This document shows positions 42,513 through 53,685 of a stretch of 64,000 bases of DNA, piece by piece. How positions within the stretch are numbered: the stretch's first letter is position 1; every line of letters starts with the position of its first letter. This DNA comes from Microcoleus sp. GTDB lineage: Bacteria; Cyanobacteriota; Cyanobacteriia; Cyanobacteriales; Microcoleaceae. The stretch lies in contig JAYFMW010000030.1 of NCBI GenBank assembly GCA_042408215.1, positions 416,001 to 480,000 on the forward strand. The letters run 5' to 3'. The position numbers were made by a program, and so were the translations under genes. Below the pieces are notes generated by a model. The model worked only from the letters and a program-made list of their open reading frames with translations, did no database searches and was not told the DNA's origin.

Positions 42513-43961
42513 CGAAAAACGAGCCCGGCGTGCCCCTGGCTTTTAGACATGGGGAGGAAGTCGGTAGCGGTTTCAACCGCCTTCTATATTTTTTTTGGTA
42601 TTGGTTGTTTTGTAGTCATATTTGCATCTTCAATCAAGAATACTATGCTAATATAAACCAAGGAGGAAAACAGAATGTATGGATGCCAGCAAAATCTAAT
42701 TAGTCCAGACAAAGACTTAAAAGCAGTCTTAGAATTCTTGTGTAGTGAAGCCTCAAAGTTAATTAATTGTGGAACTTATTATGCCAGACAACTATTCTTC
42801 AAAACTGGAAGGATACCGAGTAGAGCCAAGCTACATAAAGTTTTAGGAACGGACAATCGAAACATTCATTATAAGGCTTTCTATTCAGATACCGCACAGC
42901 AGATACTGACTAGCATTGCTGAATCTTTCCAATCCTATTTGGGCTTGCTAGCTGGAATCAAAGAAGGGACAGTGACGCAACATCCAAGACTTCCTGGATA
43001 CAGACAAGGCGGATTAGCACTTGTAACTTTTACAGGTAGATCGGTCAAATTAAAAGATGGAATGTTGCGATTTCCTTTAGGGAAGCAAGTTAAAGCTTGG
43101 TTTGGCATAGATGCGTTCTATCTGACGATGCCATCTAACTTAGAATATGCTTCTATTCGAGAGTACAGAATTTTACCCAGAAACGGATGTTTTTATCTAG
43201 AATTGGTTGACCAAAAAGAAGCTGTTCAATCCGATGTCAACGTTGATTCTGTATTGATGATCGACCACGGGATGGACAACTGGATAACTTGTGTCAGCAA
43301 TATTGGAACTTCATTCATCGTAGACGGAAGGCATCTCAAGTCCATCAACCAAGGCTACAACAAACGAGTGGCAACCTTGAAGTCGGTCAAAAACAATGGA
43401 TTCTGGTCGAAAAGACTGGAACGGCTGACCGAAAGCAGAAATAGAACAATGCGGGATGCAGTTAATAAAGCTGCTCGTAAGGTCGTCAATCATTGTGTAT
43501 CATCCAAGATTGGTACAGTCATATTTGGATGGAACAAGAATCAGAAAGATTCAATAAATCTGGGTACAAAGACCAATCAAAAATTTGTTCAGATTCCCAC
43601 GGGCAGGTTAAAAGATAGAATTGCTCAACTCTGCGAACAGTCCGGAATCAAATTCGTCGAAACCGAAGAATCATATACTTCAAAAACTTCTTTTCTCGAT
43701 GCCGATCCACTGCCTAAAATCGGCGAAAAACCCGAGGGGTGGAAAGCTTCGGGAACGAGAATTAAACGTGGATTATATCGGACGGGGAAGGGGTGGCTAA
43801 TTAATGCAGATTGCAATGGTTGTGCAAATATTGGCCGTAAAGTAGCAACAATACTTGGACTCGATCTAAGTGGAGTTGGTAGAGGTGACTTGTCAGCACC
43901 TGTAAGACTTAAATTGTGGAATACATGAATCCCCACGCCTTTAGGCATGGGGAGATGTCAA
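42513..43961 (+). mobile_element. IS200/IS605-family tnpB-only element, second family
   Basis: Preceded by TTCAC; left hairpin CCCCTGGCTTTTAGACATGGGG; right hairpin CCCCACGCCTTTAGGCATGGGG then AGATGTCAA. Confidence 0.85.
42675..43928 (+). CDS. tnpB: TnpB (clade lacking the Cys zinc ribbon)
   Basis: IDHGMDN, EESYTSK, RIKRGLYRT, NADCNGCANI. Confidence 0.9.
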   Translation: MYGCQQNLISPDKDLKAVLEFLCSEASKLINCGTYYARQLFFKTGRIPSRAKLHKVLGTDNRNIHYKAFYSDTAQQILTSIAESFQSYLGLLAGIKEGTVTQHPRLPGYRQGGLALVTFTGRSVKLKDGMLRFPLGKQVKAWFGIDAFYLTMPSNLEYASIREYRILPRNGCFYLELVDQKEAVQSDVNVDSVLMIDHGMDNWITCVSNIGTSFIVDGRHLKSINQGYNKRVATLKSVKNNGFWSKRLERLTESRNRTMRDAVNKAARKVVNHCVSSKIGTVIFGWNKNQKDSINLGTKTNQKFVQIPTGRLKDRIAQLCEQSGIKFVETEESYTSKTSFLDADPLPKIGEKPEGWKASGTRIKRGLYRTGKGWLINADCNGCANIGRKVATILGLDLSGVGRGDLSAPVRLKLWNT

Positions 43962-44049
43962 TACCAACTTAAAACTCAGGACTCTTCGTCCTGATGACCA
44001 ACTTTAAGACAGTTGTATCAATTGTATCAATTAGGAACTCAAACAATTA

Positions 44050-44472
44050 ATGTTAGATCAAACCCAACTCCAATACACCACCAACTCGCCTTCAACTGCC
44101 GGCACATCCCCGGATCAAACCCGCCCCCTAGCTTTGACAATTGCTCAAGCTGCCGAAGACCGCAAAGGCGATAATATCCTAATGCTGCGGGTATCAGAAG
44201 TATGCTACTTAGCAGACTACTTTGTGATTGTGACCGGATTTTCCAACGTGCAGGTACGAGCCATCTCCCAAGCGATCGCAGACCAAGTAGAAGAGGAATG
44301 GCAACGCTTACCACTACGCACAGAAGGGCAATCAGATGCAAGTTGGGTGGTGATGGACTATGGCGATGCGATCGTCCACATCTTGAAACCTCAAGAACGC
44401 GAATTCTACAATCTAGAAGCGTTCTGGGGGCACGCCGAACGCATTAACTTTTCCACCGAGCCCAGAGGATAG
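44050..44472 (+). CDS. rsfS: Ribosome silencing factor
   Basis: DRKGDNI, LADYFVIVTG, WVVMDYGD, REFYNLEAFW. Confidence 0.95.
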   Translation: MLDQTQLQYTTNSPSTAGTSPDQTRPLALTIAQAAEDRKGDNILMLRVSEVCYLADYFVIVTGFSNVQVRAISQAIADQVEEEWQRLPLRTEGQSDASWVVMDYGDAIVHILKPQEREFYNLEAFWGHAERINFSTEPRG

Positions 44473-44476
44473 CTAT

Positions 44477-44977
44477 GTGAAAGACGCTTCTGTTTCTATT
44501 TGTCCTGTTCCCCAAGAACAGCGACCGGTCAATGAATACCAAGAACTTAAAGAATCCTGGTTTTTTAGTTGGGGAACTCTCCATTGGCCCCAGTATCTGG
44601 CAAAACTTGCTTGGGTATGGGGTTGGAGTTGCCTGGTATCCGGGCCGATAGCTGCGGCTAGCTTTTCTCCTGTCAAATATCCAGCTCAGTTTGTCCTGTG
44701 CGCGATAGCTGGTGCCGGTTTTATTCTAGGATTAGCTTTGCTACGGCTGTACTTGGGTTGGTTCTACGTGCGATCGCGCCTATCCAATCCCACAGTCGTC
44801 TACGAAGAATCCGGCTGGTATGACGGTCAATCCTGGACTAAAACTCCCGAAGTCTTACTTCAAGACCAGTTGATTGTCAACTATCAACTAGAACCCATTC
44901 TGGGGCGTCTGCGGCAGACATTTTATGGTTTGGCGGTATTTCTGGTTGCCGGGGGAGTAATTTGGAATTGTTTGTAA
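44477..44977 (+). CDS. CGLD27/Ycf36 (DUF1230) membrane protein
   Basis: CPVPQEQRPVNEY, RLYLGW, YEESGWYDGQ. Confidence 0.9.
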   Translation: MKDASVSICPVPQEQRPVNEYQELKESWFFSWGTLHWPQYLAKLAWVWGWSCLVSGPIAAASFSPVKYPAQFVLCAIAGAGFILGLALLRLYLGWFYVRSRLSNPTVVYEESGWYDGQSWTKTPEVLLQDQLIVNYQLEPILGRLRQTFYGLAVFLVAGGVIWNCL

Positions 44978-45129
44978 TCAGGAATGGAAACAGGGGAGTT
45001 ATGAGTTATGAGTTTTGGCAGCAAGAATCGACTTTGTAACTGGCAACTGGCAACTCATCAATTACAACTCACAACTCATCACTTCCTCAGCTCAAATCTA
45101 CAATGAAAAATCTAAAATCTAAAATTGAT

Positions 45130-46083
45130 ATGACAAGGGGAAAACGAACCCAAGCTCCAGAACTGGAAGTCAGATTGCTGCGCGAAGGTATTGTGGAATC
45201 TAAGCACCGCGTCCAGGCCGCTGTCTGTGACAATCGTGGCCGCGTTCTGTCCGTTGCTGGTAACTCGGAAACGGCCGCCTTTGTCCGTTCTTCACTCAAG
45301 CCTTTTCAAGCTTTGGCTGTGACTGCAAGCGGCACCTTAGAACGCTACGAACTCACCGATCGAGATTTAGCGATTATTTGCAGTTCTCATCAAGGTACGA
45401 TCGAGCAATCGCGACAAGTATTTAACGTCCTGTGGCGCTGCGACATTGACCCCTCTAAACTTCAATGCCCGATTCCAGAAGGCAAAAAAAGTTCCCTGCA
45501 ATACAACTGTTCCGGCAAACACGCCGGAATGCTCGCTGTCTGTCAGCAACTGCACTGGCCGCTGGAAAGCTATTTGCGCCGCAAACACCCCGTCCAGCAG
45601 CTCATTTTGGGCAAGGTGGCTGACTTACTGGCAATGCCAGCCGAAGAGTTTATCAGCGCTCGCGACGACTGCGGCGCTCCTACCTATTTATTGCAGTTGG
45701 GGCAAATGGCCTCTCTCTACGCTAAGTTGGCCAGTGGCGACAATGTGGATATGGAGCGGATTGTCCGCGCTATGACTCATCACCCGATGATGGTGGCTGG
45801 TGAGGGCAAATTTGACACGGAACTGATGCAATTGACCCAAGGGGAGTTGGTGAGCAAGTCCGGTGCCGAAGGCGTGCAGTGCATTGGCCGGGTTGGCGAA
45901 GGCATGGGTTTGGCAATTAAGGTCACTGATGGGGCAAAGCGGGCTCAATATGCTGTGGCGATTCATTTGCTCAAGCAGTTGGGGTGGATCACTGCGGCGA
46001 TCGCCGAAACTCTCTCGGAAACTTACCTCACTCTCAGCGAGTTCAAGCGCTTGGAGGTAGTCGGCGAAGTGTCGATGCTCTAG
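45130..46083 (+). CDS. L-asparaginase II family protein
   Basis: RSSLKPFQA, CSSHQG, NCSGKH, DDCGAP, SKSGAEG. Confidence 0.9.
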   Translation: MTRGKRTQAPELEVRLLREGIVESKHRVQAAVCDNRGRVLSVAGNSETAAFVRSSLKPFQALAVTASGTLERYELTDRDLAIICSSHQGTIEQSRQVFNVLWRCDIDPSKLQCPIPEGKKSSLQYNCSGKHAGMLAVCQQLHWPLESYLRRKHPVQQLILGKVADLLAMPAEEFISARDDCGAPTYLLQLGQMASLYAKLASGDNVDMERIVRAMTHHPMMVAGEGKFDTELMQLTQGELVSKSGAEGVQCIGRVGEGMGLAIKVTDGAKRAQYAVAIHLLKQLGWITAAIAETLSETYLTLSEFKRLEVVGEVSML

Positions 46084-46152
46084 TACAACCCTGATTGTCA
46101 GCCGATTTCAGCAACCCCTCCCACAATCTCAAAAGTTTTTTTGATTTAGGGG

Positions 46153-46182
46153 TTGCTATTTTCAGAAAGATGTGTTTATATT
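46153..46182 (+). promoter_or_regulatory. Putative sigma70 promoter of the tRNA pair
   Basis: TTGCTA-18 bp-TATATT, 18 bp before the tRNA. Confidence 0.55.
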
Positions 46183-46200
46183 AGAGAAGAGATAAAGCGA

Positions 46201-46277
<77 letters not shown>

Positions 46278-46351
46278 AATTCAAGCGAACCCTGTAATCG
46301 TTAAGGTTTCAGGGTTTTGTTTTGGGAAACCACTAGAGAAAGACAAAGCGA

Positions 46352-46428
<77 letters not shown>

Positions 46429-46439
46429 AATTCGATCGG

Positions 46440-46477
46440 ACAAGCCTCGACAACTTTTGGTTGTGGAGGCTTGTTTT
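46440..46477 (+). terminator. Intrinsic terminator after tRNAs
   Basis: ACAAGCCTC...GAGGCTTGT followed by T run. Confidence 0.65.
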
Positions 46478-46527
46478 ATGACATTGTTTGATTGCATCTT
46501 TTAAAGTTCCCGACAAGTTGCCAATTG

Positions 46528-46719
46528 CTAAATCGGCTGGCCTTCGAGCCAATCAAAAATTAGGTTTAGCTGTTCTAGTGTAACCAACCCGTACTGCCAA
46601 AGAACCAGAGGCAGTTGGCTGGCATCTTGTTCCCCGTGTCGGAGAGCAACTGCGATCGCCGAATTCGAGATCGCCAACTCTCCCTGCAAATAATCGATTA
46701 GTTGAGCCTTTGCCATCAC
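46528..46719 (-). CDS. DUF2949 small cyanobacterial protein
   Basis: LPLVLWQYGLVTLEQLNLIFDWLE. Confidence 0.85.
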   Translation of the reverse strand: MMAKAQLIDYLQGELAISNSAIAVALRHGEQDASQLPLVLWQYGLVTLEQLNLIFDWLEGQPI

Positions 46720-46964
46720 CTTAACCGCCAGTTTTATACTCTTTTGTAAAGCTCTGTAGCTCCTTGGGTTGAGTCAGAAGTTTAATATTCCTAACTTTAG
46801 GTGAAAAATGGGGAATCCGCTGTGATGGAAAACCTACACAAGTTGTGATAATACTCATAGAAAAAAGCGATCACCATCACAAGATACCGGATGGTCATCG
46901 TTTCGTCATTCGGGGGAAGGCATTTATGCTGAATTTTCCCCATCTATTTATTGATTGAAAATTC

Positions 46965-47375
46965 CTACAATCCTAGCTGAATCTGAACTCCCGCTTCTGT
47001 GCCACTGTCGCTTGGTTTGGGAGGTAAAGGATTTCCTTGACGCTGGGCGTCCGAAGGAGTGGTGATAAATTCAAATTCGCGATCGATTTTGAGGCGAAAT
47101 CCGTCACGCAAGCGGTTATCTCTTCTAACAGAATTACCCGATGTTTCTAATTGACCAATAAAGTTTTGATAATCGGAGTCTACGGTTCTGTCCTCAACAG
47201 TTCTGAGGGAATCCCCAGATAAAGTTGTTTCCGAACTTTGAGCCACTGGTTGCAGTCTTGGTTGGGCTAGAACAGCAGGCATCAAACCGATTAAAATGGA
47301 ACTCAGTCCCAGAGCAGTGCCAAGAGTAGCAATAACTGCGTTCACGATCAATCCCTCCGCTAGTTGCATCCTCAT
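46965..47375 (-). CDS. Hypothetical exported protein (start uncertain)
   Basis: Hydrophobic leader ending AVLAQ; TLSGDSLRTVE motif. Confidence 0.6.
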   Translation of the reverse strand: MRMQLAEGLIVNAVIATLGTALGLSSILIGLMPAVLAQPRLQPVAQSSETTLSGDSLRTVEDRTVDSDYQNFIGQLETSGNSVRRDNRLRDGFRLKIDREFEFITTPSDAQRQGNPLPPKPSDSGTEAGVQIQLGL

Positions 47376-47476
47376 ATTCTGATTGTACCAGGAAAGCAGT
47401 TGCGATCTATCAAAAGTATTGGCTAGTTGAGACATTCATGTCCATTTCAATTCACCGAAGAGCACCATTCTCGCTT

Positions 47477-47685
47477 AACAGGCAGGATGCCTGTTTCACA
47501 AAGATTGAATTTTATTGTGTGTGGGGTGGGCAAGTCAGGAACAGGCTTTCCGGCCTGTTCCACAACACATCAAGTTTCTTGTGGGGTGGGCCCTCCTAGC
47601 CCGCCAGTCAAAGGCTGATTGACAATGGTGCAAGCATCTCATTTGAAACTGAGATTAGCACCCGCGAGCTTTTGGGCCTGTTCCA
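47477..47685. repeat. Cluster of ACAGGC-n5-GCCTGTTCCAC type palindromic repeats
   Basis: Several full and partial copies. Confidence 0.65.
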
Positions 47686-47940
47686 CAAAAAAAATATTTC
47701 TGATGCGGTGGAGCGTGCTAAGCTGCAACAATGGGAAAACTGCTAGGAAAGCTGGTGCAGCGAAGCTATCCCAGAGGGCATCGCCTCTGTTCCGAAAGCT
47801 CTCGATCGCGCTAAGATAACTGTGGCTGAATTTGAAAAATTTAATAGCAAGTGACCAAGTCCGAGTTTTTAACAGCAAATTGCCACAAAAAACTATCTCA
47901 ACTTCAAAATCTGCTGCATCTGTAGGGATACGGCATTGCC

Positions 47941-48148
47941 CATTGGTGTCAACTTAAGCCTGAAAGCCTTGAGAAATCTCGTTTTTAGCTGAGTCTAGAT
48001 CCCCCTAAATCCCCCTTAAGAAGGGGAGTAGGGGGTGACTTTGATCGGACTCTTATCCCCCCCTTCTTAAGGGGGGCTAGGGGGGATCTAGATTTAATGG
48101 TCAAACAGCAATCTGTGACTGGGTTTGAGCTGGTTGTTGACACCAATG
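47941..48148. mobile_element. MITE with CATTGGTGTCAAC TIR and 9-bp target duplication GGCATTGCC inside a GTAGGGA-type REP
   Basis: Duplication at 47932-47940 and 48149-48157. Confidence 0.85.
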
Positions 48149-48193
48149 GGCATTGCCGTCTCCGTTGTGGCTTAGTAATAGTTATGCTCGATC

Positions 48194-51104
48194 ATGCCAA
48201 TTAAATATCTGACCAACCAGATGTTAAAAATGTCGGGAAAAGTACCAATTCGCATCGTCCTGGTTGTGCCTTTCGCCCTCCAGACTTTCGCCGCTGTAGG
48301 GCTGACGGGGTGGCTGTCGCTGCGGAACGGGCGCATAGCAGTTAATGATGTTGCTGCACAACTGCGGGCAGAAGTCACATCGCGTATCCAGCAACATATT
48401 AATAGTTATATTGAAACGCCACACCAAGTCAATCAGCTAAATGTCGATGCCATCCGTCTCGGCATTTTGAAGGTGCAGGATTCCGCTAGTTTGCGGCGCT
48501 ACTTTGCTCAACAAATTAAAACATTTAATAAAATTAGCTACATTCAATTCGGTTCGGAACAAAAAGGTTTTATTGGAGTTGAACGCCTTGATGACGGTAA
48601 ATTACAACCAGAGGTTTCTGGGAAATCTACTGGCTATAACTTTCAGACTTACGCAGCGTCGGAGTTGGGGGAACCAACCAAGCTATCACAAATTACTCCC
48701 AACTATGACCCCCGCATCCGCCCCTGGTACACAGCACCGGTGCAAGCAGGTAAACCGACGTGGAGCAAGATTTATACTTATTTAGACTTACCAAAACTGG
48801 CGATTACGGCGGCTGCACCGGTTTATGACGATCGCAATAAACTAATTGGAGTGGTGGGTTGTGACCTGCTACTTTCCCAAATAAATCAATTTTTGGACAG
48901 TCTAAAAATTGGGAAGTCGGGACAGACTTTTATTGTAGAAAGGTCGGGACAATTGGTGGCCAATTCTACTCCAGAACCGCCATTTATTATTAGTAACGGT
49001 GTGGCAAAACGGATTATGGCAACGAGCAGCAATAATGCTTTGATTCGATCGACTGCTCGCTATCTGACAAAACGCTTCGGGGATTTGAGCAAGATTGATG
49101 GCACTTATCAGCTAGATTTTACGATCGACGGGGAACGGCAATTTCTGCAAGTAACGCCCCTGTCTGACGGGAGGGGCCTGGACTGGCTGATTGTGGTGGC
49201 GGTTCCTGAAGCCGATTTTATGGAAAGAATTCACAGCAACACTCGCTACACTGTGTTGCTGTGTTTCGGTGCTTTGGTGGTGGCGATCGGAATTGGCTGT
49301 TTGACTTCGAGGTGGATTGTGGTGCCGATTCAGCGCCTGAGCAAGGCTGCGGAGGCTTTGTCGCGGGGAGAATGGGACTCGACGGCGCTATATCCGCAGT
49401 TGATGGCGTCTGTAGAGCGGGGGGATGAGGTGGGTGTTCTGGCCCGCTCTTTTAATCGGATGGCTTGTCAGTTGGAAGAGTCGTTTACTACTCTCGAAGA
49501 TCGGGTAGAATCGGCGATCGCTGACAAAAATCAATTAATTAGCTCTCTGAAAAACTCGCAGCAAAAACTCGCTCTCCACCTTCATCAAACTCCTTTGGGG
49601 GCGATTGAATGGAATCTAAATTTTGAAGTAGCGGACTGGAATCTTTCAGCGGAAAGAATTTTTGGATACAACCGTTTGGAAGCTGTGGGACGCCACGGAG
49701 TAGATCTAATAGTTCCTGAAAGTGCTAAGGAGTATGTCAGGAAACTCTCGATAAATTTGCTAACTAATCAAGGAGGAATTAGTAGCATTAACGAGAACGT
49801 CAGAAAAGATGGCAAAATTATTCTTTGTGAGTGGTACAATACGACTTTGGTCGATGCTAATGGTTGTATAATCGGAGTGGCATCCCTGGTTCAAGATGTG
49901 ACTGATTTTCACATTGCTATGGAGCAGTTGCGGGCTAGCGAGGAGCGGTTTCGCCAGTTAGCAGAAAATATTCATGAGGTATTTTGGATTAGAGAACCCC
50001 ATCACAAACAGATAGTTTATGTGAGTCCTGCTTGTGATAAAATATGGAATCGGAGCAGTCAGATTTTGTACTCAGAACCGGAATCTTTTTGGGATGCGAT
50101 TCACCCGGAGGATCGCGATCGCGTCAAGGCTGCTTTTGAGAAACAGGTGCGGGGCGATTATGATGAGGAGTATCGAGTAGTGCGATCCCCTACGGGGGCT
50201 ACGCCAACGGACGGCTCGATTTGTTGGGTGCGCGATCGGGCATTTCCGGTACGCAGCGAAACAGGAGAAATTTACCGCATCGTCGGTATTGCTGAAGACA
50301 TTACCCAGCGCAAATTAGCAGAAGAATTCCAAAAAGTCGCTCAAACCGCTCAAGCTGCAAACCAAGCAAAAAGCGCATTTTTAGCCAATATGAGCCACGA
50401 ATTGCGAACTCCCCTCAACGCGATTATCGGTTACAGCGATCTGCTCAAAGAGGATGCTGAGGATTTAGGCTGCGAAGATTTTATCCCCGATTTGCTGAAA
50501 ATTCAAACAGCAGGAAAACACTTGCTATCTTTAATTAGTGACATCCTCGATATTTCTAAAATAGAAGCGGGGCGGATGGAACTTTATTTGGAAACTTTTA
50601 ACCCTGCTCATTTAATTGATGACGTAGTTTCGACTGTCGAATCCCTGGTGCAGAAAAATTCTAATAAGTTTGAAGTTGATTGTGCTAGCGACTTGGGATT
50701 GATGAATGCTGATATTACCAAAACTCGGCAAATATTACTCAACCTGCTGAGCAATGCAGCCAAATTTACGGAAGGTGGCACTATTAAAATCAGCGTTGAA
50801 AGAGTTACAAATGAAAGCTCAAAGCTGCAAGAAACCAGAAGAGTGTTCCGAATGGATAATTTTCCGTGTATTTGATACAGGTATTGGGATTCCCCCCGAA
50901 CAAATGCAGCATTTATTTCAAGCTTTCATGCAGGGCGATGCCTCAACTACGCGCAAGTATGGCGGCACGGGTTTGGGATTAACCATTAGCCGTCACTTTT
51001 GCTTGATGATGGGTGGCGATATGGAAGTCGAAAGTCAGTTAGGTTTCGGTTCTATTTTTACTGTGCGCTTGCCGGCGCGCGTTGAATTAAAGAGAGAAAA
51101 CTAG
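48194..51104 (+). pseudogene. Cache-HAMP-PAS-PAS histidine kinase, frameshifted in the HATPase domain (~50800-50840)
   Basis: YDPRIRPWY, HAMP, two PAS, MSHELRTPL, N-box in frame 1; DTGIGI, FMQGD, GGTGLGL in the 50754-51104 frame. Confidence 0.8.
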
Positions 51105-51261
51105 GGAGTGTTTTTAAACCCGGAGATCCCCCCCAGCCCCCCTTAATAAGGGGGGAGCAAGAGCATTCTTTCGTCGCCCTTATTAAGGGGGATTTAGGGG
51201 GATATGGCTCTGATTGGAAAGACAAGAAAAGATGCCCTCAATTCCTCACTACCAACTTATT

Positions 51262-51855
51262 TTAATTGGGAATTTCCCGTTTTTGTCGCCCCAAAAGTTG
51301 AGCTGTTAAGACACCGCCGGCAAAGCCAAAGAAATGTGCTTGCCAAGAAACTCCGGGCTGGGATGGCAAAACTCCCCAAATGAAACTGCCGTAGAAGAAA
51401 CCGACAATTAAAGACATTAAAATTGAAGTAAAGCTACGTTCAAATAAGCCGCGCAGTAGCAAAAAGCCGAAGTAGCCAAAGATTAATCCGCTGGCACCAA
51501 TGTGCACGGAATGGGGCGCGCCTGTCAGCCAAACTCCCAATCCGCTAACTAGGATTGTGACGGCACTCACGACAAAAAAGTCGCTAATTTTTCGCAGCAT
51601 AATCAACCAACCAAATGTTAAAAAAGGAAGGGTATTACTGGCTAAGTGGGCAAAACTGCCGTGCAGAAAAGGCATCCACAGGATGCCTTGAAGTCCGTCG
51701 AGGCTGCGGGGGTGCACTCCGTAGGAATTCAGCCTGCCTCGGAAGAGGAATACATCGACAATCTCTATCATCCAGAGTAGGGCGACGAAGCCGCCGAGAA
51801 TGGCGGCGTGGCTTTGCAATTCGCTGGTGATAGTTTTGGTTTCTGGGTTGCTCAT
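51262..51855 (-). CDS. Rhomboid-family intramembrane protease
   Basis: PFLHGSFAHLASN, HIGASG, SWQAHFFG. Confidence 0.9.
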   Translation of the reverse strand: MSNPETKTITSELQSHAAILGGFVALLWMIEIVDVFLFRGRLNSYGVHPRSLDGLQGILWMPFLHGSFAHLASNTLPFLTFGWLIMLRKISDFFVVSAVTILVSGLGVWLTGAPHSVHIGASGLIFGYFGFLLLRGLFERSFTSILMSLIVGFFYGSFIWGVLPSQPGVSWQAHFFGFAGGVLTAQLLGRQKREIPN

Positions 51856-52343
51856 GGTTTGTGAGGGCGGTATAACAGAAGGAAAGGGAAATGGAAGTCG
51901 GAAGAAGGGAAATGGAAGATGCAACAATAGCAATGGTTTCAGAAATTAAGAACGTCCTAACCGTCAGGCGTGGTTGCGGTACTTTGGTTATTTATAATTG
52001 TATGAGTTTTTGGCGATCGCTCAGGGAAGAGTTGGGGCGGGGTTTCAGGGGTTTTTGCAGTAGAGCTTGTATTTGTAACTGTTATAACTTTTATAGAAAA
52101 TTCCGCATTTTCACGTATGGAATAATTCACATAAATGCGTCAGAATCATTAAGGAACTGCAAGAGGAGAGTAAACTAAAGATACGTTACAAACTCAAGGA
52201 ACTAATTTTTTCGCAGAAAGTCATTAATTCGAGAAGTTCAATCCGGTAAAGCAAAACGGGATGCTGTAGATACTGATTGTAGATAATCTCGCAACTCTAC
52301 AGAGAGTTCTAGGCACCTCGTTGTAAAAGAGGAACAGAGTAAA

Positions 52344-52721
52344 ATGAATGTATTTGAGCATACAGTGCCCTACCTAAATCTGCCAATTTGGTTAGGGGTT
52401 GGCAAACAAGAAACCGCCGTTAGTGTCGCTACAAATTCTCAACCTTACGGTAAAAAGCCGCGCTTTGACTTATTATATCCGCTGAAACAGTGGCTGGATA
52501 ACAGAGAAATTCAAAGTCAAAAATTGGCTCGATTGTTGTGTAAATTTATTCCTAGCCAGTGTCCTTTTGAGCGGGTAGTTAAAATTGGCGATCGCACTTT
52601 ATTTCGCATTCCGCCGCTGTGCAAGTTAAATCCGCTTTACGAACAAGTGGTGGGGCTTCGGTTTCGAGCTTTGTGTTATTTGGCTGACGAGTGTGGTGAG
52701 GATGTGACTCCTTATTGTTGA
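52344..52721 (+). CDS. Mo-dependent nitrogenase C-terminal domain protein
   Basis: IPSQCPFER, IPPLCKLNPLYEQVVGLRFRALCYLADECGED. Confidence 0.9.
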   Translation: MNVFEHTVPYLNLPIWLGVGKQETAVSVATNSQPYGKKPRFDLLYPLKQWLDNREIQSQKLARLLCKFIPSQCPFERVVKIGDRTLFRIPPLCKLNPLYEQVVGLRFRALCYLADECGEDVTPYC

Positions 52722-52912
52722 TTCTCCAAAAAGCTTAATTTCTCACTCTATTTTTACCCTTCCTTTCCTTGTTGGGGAGGTTTTTTTATTTTCAGATCGT
52801 GTGGCGGTTGAAACCGCAACTACACAAAGGAATTCTGCCTCCGCAGACTAAGAGATCGAGTAGGGACAGGAGATATCCTGTCCCTAGGGTGTTGATTGTG
52901 CGATCGCACTTT

Positions 52913-53158
52913 TGGGCAATGTTAAAAACGATTCCGACATTTCAAGAGTATATTCTGATTGACCAATCTCAGGTTTATGTAGAACAGTATTGTAAGTTGG
53001 CAAACAAGCGGTGGTCGTATCGTCAGTATGATGAGGAGGATGCGGCGCTAGTTTTTAGTTTTTTTCAGGTTGAAGTGCCGCTGGCTGATGTCTATGAAAA
53101 GGTGGATTTTGAGGCGGAGAATGAGGAAACTGAACCAGAAGAGAGTGAGGGGGAATAA
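52913..53158 (+). pseudogene. C-terminal fragment of Uma2 (DUF820) endonuclease-like gene
   Basis: IPTFQEYILIDQ..VEQY..LADVYEKVDF; upstream part of the ORF is repeat sequence. Confidence 0.7.
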
Positions 53159-53175
53159 GGGCGATCGCTCTTGGT

Positions 53176-53682
53176 TTATTCAAGCACTTTGATGATGGTG
53201 GCGATCGGGATAAACAGTGAAAGCTCATCATCTTCTAACGGTATGAAACCATATTTCAAATAAAATTCTTTAGCTGGCTGATTTTTACTATCGACTATCA
53301 CCGCAAATATCCCCACCTCAGAGGAGAGGCGAACTGAAGATCGAAATGACTCCATTAACAGTTCTCTTCCTAATCCTCTCCCCTGCATTGAGATAGCCAC
53401 AGCAAGTTTGCCTAGACGTATTGCTGGTACTGGATAGCGAGGTAATCCTCTGCGATAATTTTCAGGTAAAGATTCGCGTTTAATTTCGGCCGTACTGACA
53501 GAATAATAGCCTGCTACATCTCCAGTTTCATCTTCTGGAATTGCCACAAAGGTTTTAGCGATTCCTCTTCTATCATTCTGTCGGGCATATTTTTTGAGGT
53601 ACTCATTTAACTCTGGTATACCGCAGTCAAAAGCTTCTCTTTTTAATCGGCTATCATCTATTGCACAAAAAATCCATTTCAT
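53176..53682 (-). CDS. GNAT acetyltransferase toxin (TacT/AtaT-like)
   Basis: FDCGIPELNEYL, GYYS, PVPAIRLGKLAV, QGRGLG, FYLKYGF. Confidence 0.9.
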   Translation of the reverse strand: MKWIFCAIDDSRLKREAFDCGIPELNEYLKKYARQNDRRGIAKTFVAIPEDETGDVAGYYSVSTAEIKRESLPENYRRGLPRYPVPAIRLGKLAVAISMQGRGLGRELLMESFRSSVRLSSEVGIFAVIVDSKNQPAKEFYLKYGFIPLEDDELSLFIPIATIIKVLE

Positions 53683-53685
53683 TGT

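Noticed and set aside
52060..52190. NtcA site upstream of 52344
   Set aside because: Best candidate GTA-N9-TAC does not fit GTA-N8-TAC
52344..52721. Evidence for nitrogen fixation
   Set aside because: This small domain also occurs in non-diazotrophs; the NifH-like gene here is chlL
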